From an uncultured Gemmatimonadales bacterium (GTDB lineage: Bacteria > Gemmatimonadota > Gemmatimonadetes > Gemmatimonadales > GWC2-71-9): a stretch of 64,000 nucleotides of DNA. The stretch spans positions 928,001 through 992,000 of the forward strand of contig CAWGED010000005.1 in the NCBI GenBank assembly GCA_963821525.1, given 5' to 3'. Shown here piece by piece: positions 55,676 to 64,000 of this stretch (its first letter is position 1; each line of letters opens with the position of its first letter). Both the position numbers and the translations under genes were made by a program. The notes beneath the pieces are model-generated. The model saw only the letters and a program-made list of their open reading frames with translations. It was not told the DNA's origin and searched no databases.

Positions 55676-55897
55676 TTTATTTCACGACTTTACTCCGCAC
55701 CCCGCATAGCCTCGGCGTTGATGCGCCGTTCGGCGCCGTACAATTCACATGGCGAGCCGCGTCATGCGTCGCAGAGTCCAAGCGCGTCTCGGACCGAGCG
55801 ATGGGAGTCTAGGACGTCGGCGTGGATGACTCCTTCGTCCTGCAGCGACGATCATATCCGGCACGAAGCAAGACTGCGATCACTGACTGCGAGCAGT

Positions 55898-55963
55898 TCA
55901 TTCCTGAGCGAACACCGCAGCCATGATCGCCAAGACCAGGAACGCCAGTGCAGTACGAAACAC
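55898..55963 (-). CDS. Small hydrophobic ORF resembling the DUF1328 N-terminus (possibly truncated by an indel)
   Basis: GGAGG RBS, GTG start, MFRTALAFLVLAIMAAVFAQE*. Confidence 0.45.
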   Translation of the reverse strand: MFRTALAFLVLAIMAAVFAQE

Positions 55964-55997
55964 GAGACCTCCAGAAGCGCCTGAGCGCCAAGAGGTT

Positions 55998-56116
55998 GAA
56001 AACACTGAAGGCGCGGGCGACCCCAACAGGGCCAGCATCCGCGCCTTCGACTGAAGGGACTCTATCCCTTCCGACCAGGCGGCTTGACCTTGAGTCAAGC
56101 CTGCACCGTTTGATCC
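55998..56116 (-). ncRNA. Candidate structured leader RNA, copy B, with overlapping terminator-like hairpin
   Basis: Core 56037-56101. Hairpin 56007-56048 (gaaggcgcgg/ccgcgccttc) is followed by AGUGUUUUC. Confidence 0.65.
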
Positions 56117-56122
56117 TTTCGC

Positions 56123-56152
56123 AGGTTAGGGATATCGTGGGGTCCGCGTCAA
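56123..56152 (-). promoter_or_regulatory. Putative sigma70 promoter of RNA copy B
   Basis: TTGACG-N18-TAACCT. Confidence 0.5.
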
Positions 56153-56234
56153 GGGGGCCGCACACATATTGATGACGGGTGCTTCCCAGCTTGCGAGCCT
56201 GCATTACTTTTCGTCCTCGCTTTTTCGTTTCAAT

Positions 56235-56271
56235 GGACAGGTGTCCGAGTGGCTGAAGGAGCCGGTCTCGA
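56235..56271 (+). repeat. Exact 37-bp duplicate of the 5' half of tRNA-Ser(CGA)
   Basis: ggacaggtgtccgagtggctgaaggagccggtctcga is identical to 56365-56401. Confidence 0.92.
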
Positions 56272-56364
56272 CCGGGGCTCAAGCCCCGGCTCGGCAGTTG
56301 TCGCTGAAGCGACATTCAACGATGCTGATGGCTGACGGCTGATGGCTGATGGCTTGCAATAGCA

Positions 56365-56451
56365 GGACAGGTGTCCGAGTGGCTGAAGGAGCCGGTCTCG
56401 AAAACCGGTAAACCCGTAAGGGTTTCGAGGGTTCGAATCCCTCCCTGTCCG
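56365..56451 (+). tRNA. tRNA-Ser (anticodon CGA)
   Basis: Acceptor GGACAGG/CCTGTCC, anticodon arm CCGGT-CTCGAAA-ACCGG, long variable arm, GGTTCGAATCC. CCA not encoded. Confidence 0.96.
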
Positions 56452-56702
56452 TGTTCTCCTCTCACTGAAATTTTCTTCAGCGTCCCCATCTTCTTCTCAA
56501 TGCCTCCCTGTAGCATCGCTTACCACCCTCGCCTGTGGCGGCCTTACCACTCTTACGGAGAGTTCGCCGAGCGGTAAGTTGGCGCCCGTTCCTCCGGCGG
56601 TCCCGGTGAGGTCCGGCCGGATCTTGCAGGTCCCTTTAATAGGAGATGAACAGGATGCGCCTCCCCTCCTAATCACACGTTGGGCCGCGGTCGATCAGGT
56701 CC

Positions 56703-57382
56703 ATGGCGGTTCTCTCGGGATTCATCGCGCTGGGACTCGGAGCCTGCAGTTCCGACGATAACGGCGGCGGCGGTGGTGGCGCGGGGACGTCATCCTTCGT
56801 CGGCACCGTGGTAGGCGGAACCAACAACGACGAAAGCGGATCGCTCACCTTCGATATTGCGGGAGCCGCTCTCGCGCCCCCGGCCTCGTTCACCACGATG
56901 TCGTCGGCAACACTCACGGTGACGGGCACCCTGACCCTGGTGAGTCCCGGCGGCGGGCACCATCCCCTCACCGGAACGTATGATCCGCGACCAACGTACT
57001 CGAGCTTTCGGGCGGCGGCTATACGTTCACCGGCCTCTTCGACGGCAACAGCCGTTTGGAGGGGACCTACAACAGGCAACAACGGCCCCGGATTGTTCGT
57101 ACCGCGCTGATCTCGGCACGCAGTCGCCTTCTGCGGTACCTTCGCGGGGACGACGACGGGACTTGGAATTTCGTAGTGAATGGGACGGTGCTTTCCGGAA
57201 GAGCCCTGAATTCGTCCGGCAGCCCTCCCCTGGACGGGACAGTAGCCGGCGCGGGTCAGATCGTCAACCCGGGCAATCCTGCCGGGCCACCCTGGCTACC
57301 GGTACCATCACCGGTACCAGCGCGACCGGAACCTGGGATACCGGGCAGGTCAAGCGGAACCTGGGCCGGCAACGGCTGCTGA
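56703..57382 (+). CDS. Hypothetical Gly/Thr-rich lipoprotein (multiple frameshifts)
   Basis: Lipobox LGAC. Beta-rich fragments in three frames ending GTWAGNGC*. Confidence 0.6.
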
Positions 57383-57395
57383 ACTCCAGATTGCA

Positions 57396-57450
57396 GCGCG
57401 GCGCGGGGGCCTGAGATCTTCCAACAGGCTTTCCGCGCCGCGTTTTTTTT
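57396..57450 (+). terminator. Intrinsic terminator
   Basis: cgcggcgcgg..ccgcgccgcg stem followed by T8. Confidence 0.85.
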
Positions 57451-57659
57451 GCCGCAGATGAACGCAGATAAACGCAGAGTTCGCGATCATATTAGCCAAT
57501 GCCTCTTATTCAGAGGCAATTTATCGATCGGCAACAGGCTTCATCTCGGAGAGTTTGGTAGAGGCCGCGGATCAACGCGGATGAAGAAGCTCGGTTGATT
57601 CAATAGGTGGGGCCAGTACCCCTGCAGGTTATCTGCGTTTATCTGCGTTTATCTGCGGC
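57451..57659. mobile_element. MITE-like element with 28-bp terminal inverted repeats built of (AAACGCAGAT)n
   Basis: gccgcagatgaacgcagataaacgcaga versus tctgcgtttatctgcgtttatctgcggc (1 mismatch). AT-rich non-coding core. Shares AAACGCAGA with the GxxExxY cassette arms. Confidence 0.6.
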
Positions 57660-57698
57660 TGAATCAAGGCCTCCTATTCACGCGGCAATTCGGTAAGA

Positions 57699-58692
57699 AT
57701 GCAGGGCATCGATCGTTTCGTCGGATCCTTCCTCGGTCTCTGTCTGGGCGACGCGCTCGGAGCCCCAGTCGAGGCCGCCTCACCCGATGTCGCACGTCTC
57801 TACGTCGATCAGGAATGCGGGCCGGAAGAGCGGGCCATCGCGGCCGCGGCGAGTTCCCCTTCGGTCAGGTCACCGACGACTCACAACTCGCGCGCGAGCT
57901 GCTGATCTCCATCGCCGAGCGAAGGGAAGCCGATCCGGCGCACTTCGCAGTCGCGCCTCGGCGATCTGGTCGCCACGAACCGGGTGATCGGGGCAGGGCC
58001 GGGCACTATCGCGACTGGAGGGCGACTGCAGCAGGGCATCCCCTGGAATCAGGCGGGAGAGCCCGCACCATACTGCGGCAATGGCGCCGCCATGCGCGTG
58101 GCACCGCTCGGCGTGCTCTGGGCCGACGATTCGTCGCGCCTCATGCGAGCAGTGGTGGAGCAGGCTCGGGTGACTCACCACGATCCCCGTTGTGCCGCGG
58201 GCGCGGTTGCGATTGCCGCGGCCAGCATGGTCGCCTGCCGGTCCGACCGGCTCGACCCTCACGAGGTGTGTACCGAACTCGCTCGCCTTGCGGGTCAGGT
58301 GGACACGGGGATGGCCGCCGCAATCGAGAAGGTGGAGCGTTTGGTGGCGATGGATCCGGAAGCAGGCCACAGCACTCGTTCATCGCGAACGTCCGGAGGC
58401 CGACTCAGGCAGTACGTGGCGCGGGGTGTCGAGCGAGGTTACCGGCAGCGTGTGCTGGAGTCTCTACGCCTTTCTCCGGTCTCCGGACGATTACTGGGAA
58501 ACGGTCTGTACCGCGATCGGCGCCGGCGGCGACACCGATACCACCGCCGCGATGGCCGGCGGAATCGTCGGTGCGCGTGTTGGCTTGAAGGGTCTGCCGC
58601 AGGAACTTCTCGCCCGGCTGAATGACCAGGGAGAATGGAGGGTCGCCGAGCTTACCAGGCTGGCCCAGCGCTGCTACGAGGCGTGCCGGTGA
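57699..58692 (+). CDS. ADP-ribosylglycohydrolase family protein (frameshifts)
   Basis: LGDALGAPVE, GQVTDDSQ, GNGAAMRVAP, GGDTDTTAAMAG. Confidence 0.92.
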
Positions 58693-58731
58693 AGGGCGGC
58701 GATGTCGCCGCCCTCATCCCGGCTACGAGTA

Positions 58732-59643
58732 TCACTGCTTGAGATTCGATTTGAGCTTGGCGATATCGAGAAGCGGTAGCCCACCTTCGGTAGGAACCAG
58801 CACGACCAAATTGTTCGATGACTTCATGTCGTGCAGCACCTCGAGGTATTGCTTGGTCAGGGCCTCGGCGGTCAGGGTCTGATTCAGCAGCCGCTGCTGG
58901 TCGCTCTGCAGCCGCGCGACCTCGACCCGGTGACGCTCGGTCTCGATCTGCTGTTCCTGCGCGATCTTGTTGTTGATGGCCTGGACGACCTGCTCGGGCG
59001 GCTGCAGGTCACGGAGAAAGAACGCCGTCACCTCGGCGATCCGGAACGGCTCCCCGCCCGCCCGGGCTGGGTAATGAGAGCGGAATCGACCAGGGCCTGC
59101 ATCGCCTCCGCGATCTTGGTTCGCTGGGAAATGTCGTTGATCGAGAACCGCACCATCCCGTCCCGCACGCCTTTGCGGATCGCGTTGCGCACGATCGAAT
59201 GGATCTGCTCCTCGGTCCCGATCTCGTTGAAGATCTTCGGGGCGCCTGGGGGTTGATCTGCCAGCGGAGCCCGCATCCACCGTCATTCCCATCTGTTCGC
59301 TGGAGAGGGCGGCGATGGTTTCCACCTGCTCGCCCTCCGCCGGGTATTGCTCCTCGCGGGCGGAGTAGCGCTCGATGGACGACCACGGCGCCACCATGTG
59401 AATGCCGGGCAGCAGCGGCTGGGGATCCACGGTGCCGAAGGCGTGCTTGACTCCGACCTGGCCCGGGTCGACGACCACCACCAATGCCGCGAGAATGATC
59501 AGGATTCCGAACGTCGCGAATGCCAGGGAAAAGATCCGGAGCAGGCCTGCCACCGGGCGCCCGGCCGTGGTCGAGCCGGAGCGGGCCAGCATGAGGAAGA
59601 ACGCGATAAGCAGCAGCAGACCGCCGAAGATCAGCTTACCCAT
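58732..59643 (-). CDS. SPFH/prohibitin family membrane protein (frameshifts)
   Basis: Two TM helices, VVDPGQVGV...G.V, LRDLQPP..V.QAI..K..QEQ. Confidence 0.85.
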   Translation of the reverse strand: MGKLIFGGLLLLIAFFLMLARSGSTTAGRPVAGLLRIFSLAFATFGILIILAALVVVVDPGQVGVKHAFGTVDPQPLLPGIHMVAPWSSIERYSAREEQYPAEGEQVETIAALSSEQMGMTVDAGSAGRSTPRRPEDLQRDRDRGADPFDRAQRDPQRRAGRDGAVLDQRHFPANQDRGGDAGPGRFRSHYPARAGGEPFRIAEVTAFFLRDLQPPEQVVQAINNKIAQEQQIETERHRVEVARLQSDQQRLLNQTLTAEALTKQYLEVLHDMKSSNNLVVLVPTEGGLPLLDIAKLKSNLKQ

Positions 59644-59684
59644 GGATGGCTCTGGTTGGGGGTGCGGGGAGTATAGGGGGAAAG

Positions 59685-59810
59685 GGTCGAAAGTCGATAG
59701 TCGATGGTCAGTGGTCCTTGGTCTTAGACCTCGCGTCCCTATCCTCGGTTTGGGCTTTGCGCGGACCCAACACCCATGACCTATGACCATCGACCATTGA
59801 CCATCGACCA
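59685..59810. repeat. Inverted heptamer tandem-repeat element (GTCGATR)n ... (GACCATY)n
   Basis: gtcgaaagtcgatagtcgatggtc and gacctatgaccatcgaccattgaccatcgacc. Same family as 18857-18946. Confidence 0.8.
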
Positions 59811-59826
59811 CCTTCGATCGTCTTCA

Positions 59827-59856
59827 TTGACGTTCCCCGGCCGCCACCGCTAATTT
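59827..59856 (+). promoter_or_regulatory. Putative tRNA promoter
   Basis: TTGACG-N18-TAATTT followed by a GC-rich discriminator. Confidence 0.55.
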
Positions 59857-59874
59857 GCCCGCCCCGATCCACCA

Positions 59875-59962
59875 GGACAGATGGCCGAGTGGTTTAAGGC
59901 GCACGCCTGGAGAGCGTGTATACGTCAAAAGCGTATCGAGGGTTCGAATCCCTCTCTGTCCG
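59875..59962 (+). tRNA. tRNA-Ser (anticodon GGA)
   Basis: Acceptor GGACAGA/TCTGTCC, CACGC-CTGGAGA-GCGTG, long variable arm, GGTTCGAATCC. Confidence 0.96.
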
Positions 59963-60472
59963 TTGGCGGCGCAATGACTTCCTGGTCGGTGCGCCGTTCG
60001 CTTTCAGGGAGCCGGGCGAGTCGGTCGGGGCCAAATCGGGGCGTTTTCCCCGGGGAGTGTGGGCCCCGGGATGCGATTTCGTGCTCGGCGGGAGCCAGAG
60101 CGGCCGTCGTCGCCCGGGCCGACGCGGGACTGTGGGTTTGCGGGCCGCACTCGACTATTTTTATGATGCTCCTGCACCCCAAGTCTCGCGAAAGGATTCG
60201 CTGTGTTTCTGCCACTCGCCGTGCCCCACTCCCGAGCCCCAGCGCTCGGCGTACTACCAGCCGCTTGATGTTCGCCATGAATTCCCGCACCCCGACGACC
60301 GCCACGAGGAGGATTACACACCCATCTTCGTAATCGGCGGAAGTGCCATCACGTCCACGGCCACGCCCGAGAGTATCGCGCCGCTGCCCTACCAGATTAT
60401 CGGCCTCGATGGCCAGTACTCCTCGAACACCACGGACGGCCGGTTCGATTAGCACGCGGGGGGCACACCGGG

Positions 60473-61410
60473 ATGGATAGCGACACGTTCTACAAGCACC
60501 CGTTCGCCAGCGCTGTCTTCACGGACATGGGGCCATACTTATCCGCGAGCGTAGAGCACACGTATACCACCTACGAAAAGACCGGAGCGTTCCCGCCCAA
60601 GGTTACGGAACCCGTCGACGCCATATATGGATGGGAGGTCGTGCTGCGGCTCTCTCGCTCAACGTACGCCTCGATCGGCTGAATGAGGCGGTGCGGCTGA
60701 TTGGCTACGCGCCGCCGCCGCCGCTGCTGGCGACATTGCAGGGCGATTGGGGAGCATGGCTGTCCTACCACTACGCGTGCTACACAGTGGCCCTCGCGGG
60801 CGTGGGGACTTGTCGCTCATGATCACCAACGATGTGTTCGCGTTGGGGCTGGCGACGAAGCACTGCCGCGCGGACATCGTCAAGAACCACCGGCGAGCTG
60901 AAGGGCACCCCCGTCAAGGCCGCCCTGGATGAACTAGAGGGCGTGGTGAAGACCCACCGCTCGGCGAAAAATCTGTACTATCACCAAGGGAAAGGACCCG
61001 ATCTCGCCGAGGTTCGCAGAAGGGCGCTTACCCGTACCTTGAGAAGCTCGCCGTTTACAATCGGCTCGCCCCCAAAGCTTCCCGCACTCGCATGATCCGG
61101 CGGGGCTATCGTGCGGAAGCCGCAGCGCTCGTCGCGCGCCTGGAGCCAGAGATGGGCACCCTCCCTCGCCGCGTTGCATCACCTGTTCGATGCGTGGCAG
61201 CCGGAGTACCTCAACGCCGCACATCCGCCGGGGGCGGCTCTCCGCCAACACTCCAAGTACTCCGCCGCCTCGTACACCAGCGCAATCTCCGCCACTGGGC
61301 GGCCAGCAAGGATCAGGTCGAACACGATGGAAGCAGCGAGGTGGTTGGCGCGAGTGAGCATCAAGCCATGTTTGCTGGCTACCGTCGACCGAGCGTCAAA
61401 TCAGGCGTAG
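60473..61410 (+). CDS. Putative Cthe_2314-like HEPN-domain protein (heavily frameshifted; end approximate)
   Basis: Joined fragments: WLSYHYACY, DLSLMITNDVFALGL, HRSAKNLYYHQG (R/KxxxxH-like). Confidence 0.45.
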
Positions 61411-61413
61411 GCT

Positions 61414-62306
61414 ATGATTTGTCCGATTTGCAATGTCGAGGGGGCAACCGTCACTAGCGCGCATCCTACGAAGGATCAGGACGAGCTCGACGCCCGCGCT
61501 GCGGTAGGTTCTGGCTGGATCGGCTTGTTTCGGCCGTGATCGCGCAGTCCTGGAATGCAAAGCGGTATCTCCTCTCCGACGCGATTTGAAGGGCGTCAGA
61601 CAAGGGTGAAAAGCCAGAGGTGTCCGCGGCCACTCTCGAGGCTCTGGCTGATACCGTACGGGCACCTAGAAGCCTCATGGAGGGCGTCGAGCGCGCGCTG
61701 GAGGTCCTGGCTTCAAAGGCGGGACGGTACAACGCACGCGTGAACTTTAACAATGAGGTGGACTACCCACTCATTGTCGCCAGCAGTCCTACCCAGCTCA
61801 ACGAGTTTGTTCACTTTGCCCGCGAGCTCTGGCCTTTACGACAATGAGAGCCGCATCACCTTTAACGGCTGGCAGCGGGTTGAGGAATTACGGGCGCGCC
61901 GTCCCTCTTCGCCTCAAGCGTTCGTCGCGATGTGGTTTCACGCGTCGCTGGAGGACGCTTGGGAAAATGGGTTGAGAAGCCCGGAATAGAGGCCTCCTGG
62001 CTCGATTTACAGCCCTGCGGATCGACAAGTAAAGAACACAACAATAAGATCGATGACGAGATTGTCGCGGAGATTCGACGGAGTGGCCTTGTCGTTGCTG
62101 ACTTCACGGGCGATAGGGGCGGGGTGTATTTCGAAGCCGGGTTGGCTCAGGGCTTGGGAATTCCGGTGATCTGGACATGCAGGGCGGACGGGATAGCTGA
62201 AGTTCATTTCGACACGCGACAGTACAGCCACATTGTTTGGGAAACGCCTGCCGAGCTTCAGAGGTCACTCGACCAACGAATCCGCGCCACGGTACTCCTC
62301 AAGTAG
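61414..62306 (+). CDS. Zn-ribbon + nucleoside 2-deoxyribosyltransferase-like protein (frameshifted)
   Basis: MICPIC...(C)PRCGRF N-terminus. QAFVAMWF, IDDEIVAEIRRS..VVADFTG.RGGVYFEAG.A.GLG.PVI, HFDTRQY. Confidence 0.78.
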
Positions 62307-62325
62307 CCTCAGCGTTATCGCATCT

Positions 62326-62703
62326 TCATCGTTTTACGCCCGGCCCCTCGGCCGCCTCGAAGTGGTGGGTAAAAACGAACCGCCGGTTCGGATTCAGGAA
62401 CGGGTCGCCCGGCGCCTCGATCCACAGCCCCCAGTCCTCTAACGTGTCCAGCACCTTGAACGTCGCACCGCGTTCGAGTGAGGGATACTGCCGAGGGAAC
62501 TGCGCGCGGAGGCGGACGTAGCGGTCATGGCCGAACCTACCACGGCGGACGGATGGGAGCGCAACAGGTCGCCTCAGCCCGGATGCTCGGGGGATGGGCG
62601 CGATCTCGTCCGTCAGGCGGCCGTCCAGCTCGTCGTAGACGCGGTGGAGAAACCAATCGACCGATGTAGATGCCGAATGCCTCATTGAGAGCGGGATCGT
62701 CAT
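62326..62703 (-). CDS. Hypothetical protein
   Basis: 125-aa ORF starting 3 nt after the upstream stop. No recognised motif. Confidence 0.45.
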   Translation of the reverse strand: MTIPLSMRHSASTSVDWFLHRVYDELDGRLTDEIAPIPRASGLRRPVALPSVRRGRFGHDRYVRLRAQFPRQYPSLERGATFKVLDTLEDWGLWIEAPGDPFLNPNRRFVFTHHFEAAEGPGVKR

Positions 62704-62706
62704 GGG

Positions 62707-63675
62707 TCAGCTGAGCATCAAACCACGCACGCTGTCGGCGGCGACCGCCCGGGCCTGCTCCACGTCCAGTCCCTCCGCTTTCGCCGCCCGTCCCACGCGA
62801 AGCAGCGACTCCATTAGGGCGATATTGGTCCGCAACAGGGCCTTGTCCCGCAGCGGCTCCCCGTGGCCGGGAATAAGGACGGTGGCATCCAGGGTGTCGA
62901 TCCCCTTGAGCGTGCGAGGAGCCAGCCGGTTGGATAACATCCGAGCGCGAAGGAAATCGGGTTGACCAGCAGATCTCCGGTCACGACGATCTTCTCCTGG
63001 GGGAGATAGAGAAAGGCGTCGCCGGGGGTGACCGCGCGATCGTAGTGGAGCACCCGGATTTCGCGCTCGCCGAGATAGATCGTCAGCGTCTCGGTGAAGG
63101 TGACGTTCGAGACGGTGTGGTGGACTCCCCGTTTCTGGTCGAGGAAGAACTGGTCATCGCGCAAATGGTGCTGCAGCTGCTCGACCCGCGCCGAGGCGGA
63201 GTCCTTGGCCCTCGCTTCATCAAGCGCCGCGGCAACCGCGCCGATGTGACCGGGAAGCTGCTCGTCGAGTCCCGGTTGGTTGAAGGCCAGGGCGGGCCCA
63301 GCATCATCTCCCGGGTCTTCTCGTGGGTGATGATCTGAATATCGGAAACGCCTCCCGGTAGACTTCCGCGCCGTACCAGTGATCCCAGTGCCAGTGCGAG
63401 ATGACGAGGTAGCGGACCGGCTGGGGGGTGAGACGGCGAATCTCCACGAGGACGGCCGCGGCGCTGCTGCTGGTGTTCCATTAGCGTCGAACACGAGCAC
63501 CCCGTCTCGCGAAACGATCGCGATCGCATTTCCATCGAGCCCACATCGCTGTAGGGCGAGGTCATGAAGAGGTAGATCCCCTCTGCGACCTGGGTCGTTT
63601 GGGCGGCGAGAAGGTTTGCGCGCCGAGTGGTAGGGGCAAAACCAATAGGACCAGGATCCACGCTGGCTTGAGCAT
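62707..63675 (-). CDS. Exported metallo-beta-lactamase-fold hydrolase (frameshifts)
   Basis: Signal MLKPAWILVLLVL, GNAIAIV..DGVLVFD, SHWHWDH (HxHxDH), TPGD, TGDL, IPGHG. Confidence 0.85.
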
Positions 63676-63906
63676 TCCGAACCTGTGTTCTCAGTGGATT
63701 TGAGGTGCCCTGCGGGTAGCATTTGGGACGAGTCGGCGCACCGAAAGGATTCACACCCTGGCCGTGCGTCAGGGTGGCGCGAGACGTACCGTGATCCGAA
63801 GTTCGGGATCTGGCGATACTGGCCGCGCCGGGCTGGGGTGGTCATGCGTGGAGTCGGCGCCCTTCTAATCTTTGCCATTCGTTACGGCATCACTTCCTCT
63901 GATTGC

Positions 63907-64000
63907 TCAGGGATTGATGATCCTCGTCAATCCGGTGTTGACGGTCCCACCTTTCACATCCAGCTCGTTGACGATCCCAACGCCCGGGCAGTAGTACTTG
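63907..64000 (-). CDS. 3' end of a hypothetical protein
   Basis: KYYCPGVGIVNELDVKGG...RIINP* runs off the window end. Confidence 0.55.
   Translation of the reverse strand, partial: KYYCPGVGIVNELDVKGGTVNTGLTRIINP

Noticed and set aside
56557..56590. tRNA-like 5' fragment GGAGAGTTCGCCGAGCGGT, or SRP RNA
   Set aside because: No anticodon arm, T-arm or acceptor complement, and no SRP GGAA/AGCAG domain-IV motif. Too weak to call.
59963..60472. Integrase or att site after tRNA-Ser(GGA)
   Set aside because: No recombinase motifs and no duplicate of the tRNA 3' end inside the window. The ORFs here are unconvincing.

Overview
High-GC bacterial chromosome segment. Gene order and protein styles suggest Gemmatimonadota (inference, not verified). 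About 1-52 kb is conserved housekeeping synteny: ftsY, recG, asnS, mazG, alr, deoB-cdd, miaB-comFB-comEC, fbp, methylmalonyl-CoA mutase, argS-pfkB-purM, ribD-ribE-ribBA-ribH-nusB, hpf-hprK-mannose-type PTS-ptsH-ptsI, metK, a cobalamin riboswitch with a btuFCD/TonB-receptor/beta-propeller operon, recO-selB, clpB and tadA. Many essential genes are split by single-base indels, most likely unpolished long-read errors. About 52.7-64 kb is accessory: three Cu/Zn-SOD-fold paralogs, general-stress genes, two tRNA-Ser genes, an ADP-ribosylglycohydrolase, an SPFH gene, and a putative HEPN plus nucleoside-deoxyribosyltransferase-like pair. The most notable observations are: (1) a duplicated ~65-nt structured leader RNA with compensatory base-pair changes, each copy overlapping a terminator-like hairpin upstream of stress genes, a candidate new riboswitch or attenuator; (2) a GxxExxY nuclease gene sitting in the loop of one unit of a tandem hairpin-cassette array with empty, filled and collapsed units, plus many gene-less inverted micro-repeat elements at gene junctions; (3) parallel loss of all three predicted copper-ligand histidines in two of three SOD-fold paralogs; (4) an exact duplication of the 5' half of tRNA-Ser(CGA).
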